Below, piece by piece: positions 17,466 to 27,155 of a stretch of DNA of 64,000 nt (position 1 is the stretch's first letter; every line of letters starts with the position of its first letter). Source of the DNA: Alistipes shahii (lineage in GTDB: Bacteria > Bacillota_I > Bacilli_A > RFN20 > CAG-826); contig CAVBUY010000002.1 of assembly GCA_963598795.1 (NCBI GenBank), positions 78,216-142,215 on the forward strand. The letters are read 5' to 3'. The notes under the pieces were generated by a model. That model worked only from the letters and a program-made list of their open reading frames with translations. It did not search any database and was not told the DNA's origin. Both the position numbers and the translations under genes were made by a program.

Positions 17466-19187
17466 TTATCTGACTCGTTCAATGTTATTTCCGTAATTGG
17501 AAATATCGGGTTTGGCATAGCTTGCGCCTGTTGCCTCTTTTGAGTTTTCAAACGTTATTCCCTCGGCGTATGAATTGATATAGCCAACATATGATTCGTC
17601 AATCGCTTTGCCCATAATGGAAATGTTCTTGAAATGGACGTTTTTTACATAATGGGCTTCTTTAACGTAACCGTCTCTGGTCTCCATCGATCCGGTCACT
17701 TTGACTTTGGGGTTTTCGTATCCCGAAAGCACCAAGACATTTGAAACGTCAACGCCGTCTATGTCCCCTAAGGCCGTCTTTTTGTGATTGTCGCTCCAAG
17801 TGGGACTATATGATACGTCGAAATCAAATAGATAAGGATTTCCGTCGCCTTTTCCCATTGAGGCGTCTTCCACCGTTATATTTTCATAACGGACGTTCCT
17901 AATTTTGGCGTTATTGCCGTTATGAATGCTCATGACCGGTTTATGGAAAGCGTGCAAAACGGTGATGTTTGAAAAGGAGATGTCCTCCATCTTTTCGCCA
18001 ATGGTTTCATAACCGATTTCCATGCACTGAGCAAGGTCTGTGACGATTAAGCAATCAGAGAAATGGATTCCCGAAGTGACGCCTTCGGCCCCATTTCGAT
18101 AATCAACGTAATTCTTAACGACCAAGGAATCGTCCCATGTGCGGAGGAAACAGCCTTCGACATTTACGTTTTTGCAGCTTTGGATGGATATTCCATCTCC
18201 GTTGCTGCGGCTGGATATCGTCTTTGTGTTTCTAATGGTGACCCCATTGCCGAAATAAATGTTATAAGCCCAACCAGCCGGATCCATGATGGAAAAGTCC
18301 TCAAGGACGAAATTGCTGCAGAAATTAAAGTCTAACGGAATTAAGGCAGTCCCTTCGTTTGGATTTCTCGGAAAGATCGATCCATCGATGACACCAGGCC
18401 CTTTTATTGAGAAATTGGAGGCGTTATGAGCGGAGAATTTGGCTCTTACAACCGCTCCGTCTTCCAAATAAATATGCTCATTGGAATAAACGACGATCTC
18501 GTTGTTGCTATTTATTCTCGAATCGTTGTCCTTGGTATGAATTCCTCTTTTGAAAACGATTTTGCCTGCCGTATCTTCTTCTTTTATCTCGTTAACGAAA
18601 AGATGCAAAGTCCTTTGCCTTGTTTCGATTAGATATTGTCCTGGGCTATCGATGTCAAACGATATGACCCATCTCGCTTTATCTATTTGATAAGGGATAT
18701 TCTTTCCTAATGGCCTTATGGTCACATCTTCCAAAGGGTTGAAGTTGCATTGCAAAAAGAGCTTTACCTTGCCTTTGATGGCAATAATGGAATAAGCAGA
18801 CATTACGCGAATACCGGCATCAGCCTTCCAAATTCGATTTTCGTTGATATTGACTTTATAAACCGGCACGGATTCCCCGGAAACAAACAATCTCATATTC
18901 GGATAAAGTTCCATTCCCTCAACATAATCTGAAAATTTAACCTTATTCGTTTCTTTTGTATCGGATGGGTCGTTATTGGGAGCGAAATAGCTATGGTCAA
19001 AATCCTTATAGCCGTTTTCGTCCCGAGAATATGAAACATCGGAAGAGGAATCCGAGGCGGATTGACTTCCGTTTTGAGAGGAACTGTCGTTGCTGGAAGA
19101 AAACACAGAGTCGCATCCAGAGAGAGTCAAAGCAATCGTTGACATCAGCAAAGCAAGGAATCGCCGTTTTCTTTTGAAAAGAAGCAT
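17466..19187 (-). CDS. Surface lipoprotein, right-handed beta-helix glycoside hydrolase-like (GH28-like motifs, family uncertain)
   Basis: The 573-aa ORF has signal MLLFKRKRRFLALLMSTIALTLSGC followed by a Ser-rich linker. Its repetitive beta-helix coils contain SNGDGISIQSCKNVNVEGCFLRTWDDSLVVK, resembling the NTDG/GDD-type catalytic motifs of GH28. It is a paralogue of 31310..33967. Confidence 0.65.
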   Translation of the reverse strand: MLLFKRKRRFLALLMSTIALTLSGCDSVFSSSNDSSSQNGSQSASDSSSDVSYSRDENGYKDFDHSYFAPNNDPSDTKETNKVKFSDYVEGMELYPNMRLFVSGESVPVYKVNINENRIWKADAGIRVMSAYSIIAIKGKVKLFLQCNFNPLEDVTIRPLGKNIPYQIDKARWVISFDIDSPGQYLIETRQRTLHLFVNEIKEEDTAGKIVFKRGIHTKDNDSRINSNNEIVVYSNEHIYLEDGAVVRAKFSAHNASNFSIKGPGVIDGSIFPRNPNEGTALIPLDFNFCSNFVLEDFSIMDPAGWAYNIYFGNGVTIRNTKTISSRSNGDGISIQSCKNVNVEGCFLRTWDDSLVVKNYVDYRNGAEGVTSGIHFSDCLIVTDLAQCMEIGYETIGEKMEDISFSNITVLHAFHKPVMSIHNGNNAKIRNVRYENITVEDASMGKGDGNPYLFDFDVSYSPTWSDNHKKTALGDIDGVDVSNVLVLSGYENPKVKVTGSMETRDGYVKEAHYVKNVHFKNISIMGKAIDESYVGYINSYAEGITFENSKEATGASYAKPDISNYGNNIERVR

Positions 19188-20932
19188 ACGTTATCTACAC
19201 GGAAGGAAATTCCGATTTCCGCGCCTTTCTTGAATCGCCCTAAGCCTTCGGTCGATATAATCAAATCTTCATCTTTGCCGTTAACAAAGGCATAAACCAA
19301 TGTTTCTTCGCCGAGTTGCTCAAGCATATTGATTTTGGCTTTGATGTTTTGCTCAACGTAACGCAGATCGCCTTCGACGGAAATGGCTCTCGGACGGATT
19401 CCCATTATTACGTTCAAACCTAAATATTCTTCGTTGAAGCCTTTCATGCGTTCTTTGGGTAGTTCCAACTCTTTGCCATCTAAGAAGTTTGCATAATATT
19501 TACCTTTTTTCTTAGTGACCTTAGCCTCGAAGAAATTCATCTGAGGTGTTCCGATAAAACCGGCCACGAATTGATTTTTCGGATTTAGAAAAACATCTTC
19601 CGGGGAACCGATTTGCTGAATGATTCCATCTTTCAAAACGACGATTTTGCTACCCATTGTCATAGCTTCGACTTGATCGTGCGTAACATAGATAAAGATC
19701 GTTTTAAGCCTATCGTGCAAACGAGTTATTTCACTACGCATCGCAACGCGCATTTTGGCATCCAAATTAGAAAGAGGCTCATCCAAAAGGAAGACTTCCG
19801 GATCACGCACGATTGCGCGTCCCAAGGCGACTCTCTGCCTTTGCCCACCTGACAAATTGGCTGGCTTTCTATCCAAATATTCCGTTAAGCCTATCTTCTC
19901 GGCCGCGGCGTTTACTTTCTCTTTGATTTCTTTTTTGCGGTTTTTGCGGTATTTGAAATCAAAGAAATGCTTGAAGGGGATCTTTTCCACTTCGAGAGGG
20001 AAGGCAATATTTTTGAAAACGCTAAGGTGAGGATAGAGGGCGTAGTTCTGGAAAACCATGGCTATATTGCGGTTTTTGGCTTCTTCGTCAGTGATGTCTT
20101 TATCATCTAAAAAGATAGAACCATTGGTAACGTCCTCAAGACCGCCGATCATTCTTAACACCGTGCTTTTGCCACATCCAGAAGGACCGACGAAAACGAC
20201 GAATTCCTCATCGTAAATATCGAGATTGAAATCCTTGATGGCCGTAACGCCGTTAGGATATGTTTTATATAAAGACTCTATTCTCAAACGAGGGCCGTCA
20301 TCGACGTATTTGAGCAAATCGCTGAGCTTTTTTATGGGGTGGTCAGTGAATTTGCTATTTGAAGCAAAGCCGATTCCAAAAGAGGTGAAACCACCGGCTT
20401 TGGCGGCTTCTACACCAGCGTCGGCATCCTCCACAACGCCGCAATCGCTCGGATCCAAACCCAACTTTTGAGCCGCTAGCAAAAAGACTTCGGGGTTTGG
20501 CTTGGAATTTACGATCATGCTACCATCCACCATAACGTCGAAGAAATCTTTCAAACCGATTTTTTCCAAGATGAATGGGGCATTCTTGCTTCCGCTTCCT
20601 AAAGCCAGCTTGATTCCTTTTTCTCTCAAAGCCTTTAAGCTCGATAAGACATCTTTATCGACGTCGCTGGGCTTTAAAGACTCTAACAAGTGGCGATAAA
20701 TATCGTTTTTCTTGTCGCAAAGCGCTTCTTTTTCTTCTTTTGAATATTTTTTGTCGGCTTTCTCCAAAATGATATTCAATGAATCCATGCGAGAAACGCC
20801 GCGAAGGCGATTGTTTATTTCTTCATCAAAATATATGCCCTCATCATCGGCCATCTTCTTCCAAGCGGCGTAATGAAAATCGTCAGTAGAGATGATAACG
20901 CCATCCAAATCGAAGATAATTCCTTTAATCAT
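19145..20932 (-). CDS. Fusion protein: beta-phosphoglucomutase (HAD) N-domain plus MalK/MsmX-type sugar ABC transporter ATPase
   Basis: A single 595-aa ORF has no internal stop or start at the junction. Residues 1-~205 carry IIFDLDGVI (HAD motif I), LGSGSKN and VVEDADAGVEAAKAGG, typical of PgmB. The remainder carries GPSGCGKST, LSGGQRQRVALGRA, VFLLDEPLSNLD, VTHDQ and a MalK-like C-terminal regulatory domain. Confidence 0.8.
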   Translation of the reverse strand: MIKGIIFDLDGVIISTDDFHYAAWKKMADDEGIYFDEEINNRLRGVSRMDSLNIILEKADKKYSKEEKEALCDKKNDIYRHLLESLKPSDVDKDVLSSLKALREKGIKLALGSGSKNAPFILEKIGLKDFFDVMVDGSMIVNSKPNPEVFLLAAQKLGLDPSDCGVVEDADAGVEAAKAGGFTSFGIGFASNSKFTDHPIKKLSDLLKYVDDGPRLRIESLYKTYPNGVTAIKDFNLDIYDEEFVVFVGPSGCGKSTVLRMIGGLEDVTNGSIFLDDKDITDEEAKNRNIAMVFQNYALYPHLSVFKNIAFPLEVEKIPFKHFFDFKYRKNRKKEIKEKVNAAAEKIGLTEYLDRKPANLSGGQRQRVALGRAIVRDPEVFLLDEPLSNLDAKMRVAMRSEITRLHDRLKTIFIYVTHDQVEAMTMGSKIVVLKDGIIQQIGSPEDVFLNPKNQFVAGFIGTPQMNFFEAKVTKKKGKYYANFLDGKELELPKERMKGFNEEYLGLNVIMGIRPRAISVEGDLRYVEQNIKAKINMLEQLGEETLVYAFVNGKDEDLIISTEGLGRFKKGAEIGISFRVDNVCFFSKENGDSLLC

Positions 20933-23036
20933 TATTTGTTTCCTCCACCTTGGCTTCTTTTTTATTTATGCAAACCTTGTAGGTTTTATTCTTAACTTTT
21001 ATTTTATAACACATCGATTCAATTTCTTTTGGCAACCGATTCGAGCATGACACATTGCCTTCCTTGTCGATTTTTAAACCGCTGAACCCATATGTTGCCG
21101 ACATATATGCTCCGCCGGCGCTAGCAGGATGCGTCCCTCCGATATAAATCCCACCGGCATATAATTTTTGAGGGCCATATAAATCGATGGATGCGCTTTT
21201 TCTAAACATCGAATAAGCATATTCTCTATCGCCTATTGTAACGGCAAGCAGCGAATACATGGCGCTAGACAAACTTGATCCATGTTCTGTGCGTGGCAAG
21301 TAATAATCATAGTTGGCTTTTTTAACCGATAATGGGAATTCGTCGCTTAATAATGCCAATAAGGCCACCACGTCCGCTTGTTTAATTATTTGGGTTTCGC
21401 TAGCTGGCCCATCCTTGCCGCCCCAATATTGTTTGGGGTCTTTTATGCGACCTTTCAAAGTCTCTAAAGAACAATCTTCTTTTTTGAAATATCCTTCGAA
21501 TTGTTCGATGACGCCATTTTCGTTCGGCTTAGGCAAATAAATGCCAGAAACGAATTCTTCGAGTTTAGAAATTATCATTTCGGAATCGTTTATTAATGAC
21601 GAGTTTCTTTTTAATGAATCGATGGTGAATCTTATTATGTGAGCCACCATATAGTTGGTGAATGCGTTGTCGTTGACTCTTTCGTGATATTCATCGGGGC
21701 CGATTACGTCATCGATGTGATAAAGGCCGTCTTTTCTCTTTTTGGCGTAGCTTAGGAAAAACAAAGAACATTCAACCAATACATTCAAAGCCCCTTCATG
21801 CAATATCGATTCATCGCCAGTGATCTTAATGTAATTTTCGATAGCGTAAGGGATATCCGCGCTGATATGTATTTGCTTTTCGTTGAAATAGGTGCGGATG
21901 GGCTTGCCGGTTTTATAGTCGGTTACATTATATTTCGAACAAGCTTCCGATCCGTCATCTTGGCTTTCCCAAGAATAAAAGGCTCCTTCGTAACCGAATT
22001 CTTTGGCTTTCGCCTTTGCGCCTTCTAAAGTATTTATCCTATATAAAATCAAATTGCGGGCAACCTCAGGCTCATTTAAAGCAAAAAACGGCAGCAAGAA
22101 TATCTCGGTGTCCCAGAAAATGGCTCCTTTGTATGTTTGCCCGGAAACTCCGCGAGCCGGAATGCTCCTGGCTCTGTTTTTATCTCCCAAAATCAATAAT
22201 TCATATATTGAGTAACAAAGTTCGGCTTCCCCATCTTTATCCCCTGAAAGAGAAATTTTCGCTTGGTTATATAACGACGAAAAAGCGTTTATATGCGCTT
22301 CTTTTTCCTTTTGGTATCCGCTTTTAATAAGCTTTTCCATCTCTTTGGAAAAATTAGCTTCCTTTTCGAAAATTAAGGAGAAAATACGAAGCTCGAATTT
22401 CTCGCCTTTTTTAAGCTTTAAGTCGATTTCATAAAGCCCGTTTCTTAATGTTGCCTTGCCTTTGGAAAAAGAATAATTCACGGCCTCATACAATGTTTTG
22501 CCTTCGTTTGTTTTTCCCTCGAACACCAAGCAATTGGACTCTTCTCTGACGTTTTTTAGAACAAAATGGGGCCCGTTGATTTCGTAAATATCCAAATCGA
22601 GGCCGAAAACGAATCGGTATTCGCCCTCTTTTTTCGCTTCAATCTCAATAAAAGAAGACAAGAGATTGTCTTTGCTTTTAGAAAGAAAACGTTCGGTTTT
22701 TATTACATAAGACGGAAATTCGCTCCGTCTTACCAAAATCGCCTCATTTAGATGCAGCGTCAATTCATGAGACAAAGGCTCGGTCGTATTGACGGTTTCT
22801 TCTTTAGAACCGATGAAAGTCTTAAAAGAAATCGGATCTGGCAAATTGATGGATTCTCTCCATTTATCGCCCCTCCTATCGTAAACCCCTACGAGGTTAA
22901 AACCTTTCATGGAGGATTTTCCTTCTTCTTCCAAAACCCCGCGATAACCCAAGTGTCCGTTTCCAATAAGAAAACGATTCCCTTCTTCAACACGGCTTAA
23001 TTTGTTGAATTCAAGAACGCTTAGCGAATCGCTCAT
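20925..23036 (-). CDS. GH65 glycoside phosphorylase (shorter paralogue, 703 aa)
   Basis: It contains FWDTEIFLLPFF and the catalytic-acid region VIGPDEYHERVNDNAFTNYM, typical of GH65 (maltose, kojibiose and nigerose phosphorylases). It overlaps its neighbours by 4 and 8 nt. Confidence 0.8.
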   Translation of the reverse strand: MSDSLSVLEFNKLSRVEEGNRFLIGNGHLGYRGVLEEEGKSSMKGFNLVGVYDRRGDKWRESINLPDPISFKTFIGSKEETVNTTEPLSHELTLHLNEAILVRRSEFPSYVIKTERFLSKSKDNLLSSFIEIEAKKEGEYRFVFGLDLDIYEINGPHFVLKNVREESNCLVFEGKTNEGKTLYEAVNYSFSKGKATLRNGLYEIDLKLKKGEKFELRIFSLIFEKEANFSKEMEKLIKSGYQKEKEAHINAFSSLYNQAKISLSGDKDGEAELCYSIYELLILGDKNRARSIPARGVSGQTYKGAIFWDTEIFLLPFFALNEPEVARNLILYRINTLEGAKAKAKEFGYEGAFYSWESQDDGSEACSKYNVTDYKTGKPIRTYFNEKQIHISADIPYAIENYIKITGDESILHEGALNVLVECSLFFLSYAKKRKDGLYHIDDVIGPDEYHERVNDNAFTNYMVAHIIRFTIDSLKRNSSLINDSEMIISKLEEFVSGIYLPKPNENGVIEQFEGYFKKEDCSLETLKGRIKDPKQYWGGKDGPASETQIIKQADVVALLALLSDEFPLSVKKANYDYYLPRTEHGSSLSSAMYSLLAVTIGDREYAYSMFRKSASIDLYGPQKLYAGGIYIGGTHPASAGGAYMSATYGFSGLKIDKEGNVSCSNRLPKEIESMCYKIKVKNKTYKVCINKKEAKVEETNND

Positions 23037-25297
23037 CGTTTAATCTCCACACATCCTGAAATCAAAGTCTTTTTGCCATAAACGACAATTTCCACCGGCT
23101 CGCCTTTTAGATCGATCTGAATAGAATCTGGATAAACGTCAATGCGCAAATGACTATGGCGATAATTGAGCTTGACGGAATAATGTTTCCATTTGCTTGG
23201 CAAGGTGGGATTTATTAGCAATTCTTCGCGATCGCTTCTTAAACCGAGATAACCATAAACGATATTCATCCAGGCGGCCGCTATGCTGGTCATATGAAGG
23301 CCTTCGGAAGTGTTGCGGTTATAATCGTCCAAATCCAAACGGGTGGCAAAACCAAAGAATTTCAAAGCTTCTTGCTCTTTGCCCAATTCTTGGGCGATGA
23401 TGCTATGAACGCTGGGAGACAAGGAAGATTCGTGAATGCAACGTGGCTCATAATATTCATAGTTGGCCTTTTTGACATCCAACGAATAATCTTGAGCGTA
23501 AAGGAAAATGAACATTAAGACATCCGGTTGTTTGATCATGTCGTTTCGATAAATGCGATCATATGACCAATTGTTGTATAGTGGGAAATCCGTGACGGGA
23601 ATCTTATCTACGTCGATATGTGGAAGATCGTAAAAGCCTTGATGCTGTTCATATAATTTCGTTTCGTTGTTATAAAGAATCAGCATTTTTTCCATTTTTT
23701 CTTTCATCTCGTCGATTTTTTTATAATCGAAACCGACTTCCCGCATGATTTCGTCTTTGCGGACCCGATAATCATCAAGGACTCTCAAAGTATATTCGAA
23801 CGTCTTCTTGGCCATGATGTTGGTGTACATATTGTGGTTGACCATGACCTCGAATTCGTCCGGACCCATAACTCCGTAATAGCCGAAATGTTCATGAGTT
23901 TGATTCCATTGCCCACGAGTCAGCAAAAATTTGTCGATTTCAAGCAACATCTTCAATCCATAGTGATTCATGAAATCCCAATCGGAATAAAGGTTCATGT
24001 AATGGAAGATGGCATACGCGACGGCGGTCGTAGGCTGGATTTGGGTAGAAGCGTGTTGCCAAAGGGTGCAAGCTTCTTCCCCATTTCTGGTGGCGATCGG
24101 AAAACAAGCGCCTTCGCAATCCAATTCCTTTGCCCTTTCTTTGGCTTTATCTAAGGTATTGAATCTGAACAACAGCAAATCTTTGGCCGCTTTTTGATTG
24201 GTGAAAAGATAATAAGGCAAACAATATGTCTCGCTATCCCAAAAGGCATGACCGCTATAAGCTTCGCCCGTTAGTCCTTTGGCGCCTATGTTATTGTCCG
24301 GGGCTAGTCCGTTATAAGCCTGTTGGAGGTTAAACAAGCAAAAACGGACGCCCTGCTGATCGTCTTCATCTCCGTCTATCTCTATATCGCTTTCTTTTAT
24401 GCGCTCCGCAAAGAATCCTTCATTTTCTTTTAAAAGCCCTTCAAAGCCTTTTTCTTTGAGAACCGATAGTTTTTTAATGGCTTCTTTAATCATTTCTTCG
24501 CCATTTTCGTCGCTATGCTTGTCGATTAGATTCTCAACATAGCGGGTAAAGACTGTCTCTTTTCCTTTATCTAAAACGAATTCATATTTCGAGGTTATGG
24601 TCTTATCCTCGCAAACATTGGCTAACGGCCCATAAGCGGATTCCACATCCATCAAAGTCACTATGGATTGATGAGTGGTCAAAGTTTTCATGAAAAGGCC
24701 ATATTTGCCTTCGTTTTTAATATAGCTACCCAAATTCCAATAGCAACGGTCGTTCCAATGGAGAATGCTTCCGTCAATAGATAAAGATAGTTTGATCTTA
24801 ACTTCTTCGTCAGATTTAAAGCTTATCCTTTGGACCGCGGATTCAGGCGATTTCATGCCCAATAAGCGTTCGAAAACGATTTTTATTTCTTTCTTTGAAG
24901 AGGTGTGCCAAACGAACGAACGTCTAAGCAAGCCGTTTCTGAAATCCAGCGATCTTTCGAAATCCGAAATATCAGCATTTGCCAAGTCCAATTTTTCCCC
25001 GTCCGCGACAATTTCGCATTTTAGATAATTCGGGGAATTGATGGTGAAATGGCTTCTTTTCGCTATACCTTTATAAGCGTTCGGGGTCTCGGTAGGCGAA
25101 TATTCGATTATGCCATTATAGTAAGTGCCGATAAGGGTTGGCAAAGAAACGCCCTCTTCCAAGAAACCACGGACTCCGCTATATTCGTTTCCCAAGGAAA
25201 AAATGGATTCGCTGACTTTGTTGCGATCTTTATGGAATCCCTTTTCGACCACTCTCCAAGGTTCCACTTCCAAATATCTGTTACGTATTTTGCCCAT
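23033..25297 (-). CDS. GH65 glycoside phosphorylase (754 aa; kojibiose/nigerose/maltose phosphorylase-like)
   Basis: Its N-terminus is YLEVEPWRVVEKGFHKDRNKVSESIFSLGNEYSGVRG. It contains FWDSETYCLPYY and GVMGPDEFEVMVNHNMYTN. These are canonical GH65 features. Confidence 0.85.
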   Translation of the reverse strand: MGKIRNRYLEVEPWRVVEKGFHKDRNKVSESIFSLGNEYSGVRGFLEEGVSLPTLIGTYYNGIIEYSPTETPNAYKGIAKRSHFTINSPNYLKCEIVADGEKLDLANADISDFERSLDFRNGLLRRSFVWHTSSKKEIKIVFERLLGMKSPESAVQRISFKSDEEVKIKLSLSIDGSILHWNDRCYWNLGSYIKNEGKYGLFMKTLTTHQSIVTLMDVESAYGPLANVCEDKTITSKYEFVLDKGKETVFTRYVENLIDKHSDENGEEMIKEAIKKLSVLKEKGFEGLLKENEGFFAERIKESDIEIDGDEDDQQGVRFCLFNLQQAYNGLAPDNNIGAKGLTGEAYSGHAFWDSETYCLPYYLFTNQKAAKDLLLFRFNTLDKAKERAKELDCEGACFPIATRNGEEACTLWQHASTQIQPTTAVAYAIFHYMNLYSDWDFMNHYGLKMLLEIDKFLLTRGQWNQTHEHFGYYGVMGPDEFEVMVNHNMYTNIMAKKTFEYTLRVLDDYRVRKDEIMREVGFDYKKIDEMKEKMEKMLILYNNETKLYEQHQGFYDLPHIDVDKIPVTDFPLYNNWSYDRIYRNDMIKQPDVLMFIFLYAQDYSLDVKKANYEYYEPRCIHESSLSPSVHSIIAQELGKEQEALKFFGFATRLDLDDYNRNTSEGLHMTSIAAAWMNIVYGYLGLRSDREELLINPTLPSKWKHYSVKLNYRHSHLRIDVYPDSIQIDLKGEPVEIVVYGKKTLISGCVEIKR

Positions 25298-25300
25298 AAT

Positions 25301-26233
25301 TTATTCTTTGCTTCCTTTATTGGCTCCAACGCCCATAATCTGACGTTGGAAGATGAGAAATATGATGACTTGAGGAATGATGGATAAGACCAATAACATA
25401 AGGAATTCCTCAGGCTTTAATATGTCTCCGGCGTTTCCGATATCATAAATCCCGACCATTAACGTCTTCAGTTTGTCGTTCTGCAATACGAGGTATGGCA
25501 ACAAGAAGTCGCTATAAGAGGCAGTCATCGAGAAGATGGCGACGATGCCGATGATCGGTTTGGACAAAGGAAGGACGACGCGAGCGAATATCTGCATGCG
25601 GTTTGCTCCATCCATGCTGGCGGCTTCTATCAATGATTTGGGAAGCCTTGAGAAATAGTCTTTGAATAAGGTGTAGTAATAAGCATTGGCCCCAAAGCTT
25701 AGCCATAACGACAAGAACATAAGGTAAGATTCGTTGTCGGCCTGCAATAGTCCGATGGCGTTTATTTCCCTAATAAGCGGGAAGATGTTTAATACCGCCG
25801 GAATCATATAACCCAAGAAAATCAATTTATCGATTATTTTGTGGCCAACCGGTTTTATTATAGCTATTGCATAAGCAAGCAAACTGTTGAATACGACTGC
25901 GCAGATAACCGCGCCGATAACATAAACGAAGGTATTTAGGTAATAACGGCCGAAATCAATCTTTTGCCATAGTTCAACAACCTTATTCCAGTCCCAGACT
26001 TTAGGCCAAAACGTGTAGGTGGCGCTATAAATTTCCCCAGGGCTCTTTAATGAGCTCGCAAACAGATAAATGATGGGGAAAAGAGCCATGAAGGAGAAAA
26101 TACATAGGAATATGATAATCATTCCATAACCCGCTTTATGCCATGGGCTACGGTAATCGGCGAAGTTCAAGAATCCGCCGCGCTTGTCCTTCAAAAGTGG
26201 GAAGGTATATTTCTTCTTTTCTTTCCTTTTCAT
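25301..26233 (-). CDS. Carbohydrate ABC transporter permease (MalG-like)
   Basis: It has six TM-like segments and the EAA loop LIEAASMDGANRMQIFARVVLPLSKP. I chose the ATG at 26233, directly after the upstream stop. Confidence 0.85.
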   Translation of the reverse strand: MKRKEKKKYTFPLLKDKRGGFLNFADYRSPWHKAGYGMIIIFLCIFSFMALFPIIYLFASSLKSPGEIYSATYTFWPKVWDWNKVVELWQKIDFGRYYLNTFVYVIGAVICAVVFNSLLAYAIAIIKPVGHKIIDKLIFLGYMIPAVLNIFPLIREINAIGLLQADNESYLMFLSLWLSFGANAYYYTLFKDYFSRLPKSLIEAASMDGANRMQIFARVVLPLSKPIIGIVAIFSMTASYSDFLLPYLVLQNDKLKTLMVGIYDIGNAGDILKPEEFLMLLVLSIIPQVIIFLIFQRQIMGVGANKGSKE

Positions 26234-27147
26234 TTGCCTTCCCTCTTTTTTAAGAAACGATCTAACCATGCGTAAGCCAATGTAAAGGCAACGATAATGG
26301 CGGCCAAAACCATGGCGCAGGCTGCGCTCTTTCCATATTCAAAATCTTCGAAAGCGTATAGATAGGATAAAAGCATCAATGACATCGAGCTATTTAGCGG
26401 ACCGCCTTTAGGGCCGATGATCAAAGGCTCATAAAAAACTTGGAAAACGCTGATAATCTGCAAAACCAGCAAAGTCAGCATCGTCCCCCTCAAAGCGGGA
26501 ATGGTAACGCGCCAAAACCTCTGCCATGAACTGGCTCCGTCGATACGAGCGGCTTCATACATCGAATCGTCGATGGATTGGAAGGCGCTTAAATAAATTA
26601 ACGCAGTGCTTCCGGCCCCCTTCCAAGTCATGGCTAGCACTATCAAAGGGATAATCAAAGAAGTGGATCCCTTCCAAGGATGGGCTTCACCTCCAAATTT
26701 GGTGATTATCCAATTGAATAAGTCGTTGCTGGAATCCCCGTACATAGAATTGAACAAGAAGACCACGGCCATTCCGCTAATCATGCACGGAAGATACAAA
26801 ATAATGCGGAATAAGCCTTTCGCATGTATCACTTCGCTTAATAGGAAACCTAGGATTACCGGCACCAAATAGCCGATTGCCAAGGACCATAAAATATATA
26901 AGAAGGTGTTTTTCAAAGCGCTTAAGAACGTAGGGTCCTCAAAAATGGCTTTGAAGTTGGCAAAACCGACGAATTGGGGATCGTCATAGCCATCTTGAAA
27001 GGACAATATGGCGTTTCTTATCATCGGATACCAAACGAAAAAGGCAAACAAAACGAGAGGGACAATCATAAAGGCCCAGCCGATAAGGTTCTTTTTTAAA
27101 GAAGCCTTCCAATTCTTTTTTCGTTTTAGGTTGCCTTTCCTTTTCAT
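26230..27147 (-). CDS. Carbohydrate ABC transporter permease (MalF-like)
   Basis: The 305-aa ORF has the EAA loop YEAARIDGASSWQRFWRVTIPAL and six TM-like segments. Confidence 0.85.
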   Translation of the reverse strand: MKRKGNLKRKKNWKASLKKNLIGWAFMIVPLVLFAFFVWYPMIRNAILSFQDGYDDPQFVGFANFKAIFEDPTFLSALKNTFLYILWSLAIGYLVPVILGFLLSEVIHAKGLFRIILYLPCMISGMAVVFLFNSMYGDSSNDLFNWIITKFGGEAHPWKGSTSLIIPLIVLAMTWKGAGSTALIYLSAFQSIDDSMYEAARIDGASSWQRFWRVTIPALRGTMLTLLVLQIISVFQVFYEPLIIGPKGGPLNSSMSLMLLSYLYAFEDFEYGKSAACAMVLAAIIVAFTLAYAWLDRFLKKREGK

Positions 27148-27155
27148 AAATAAGG

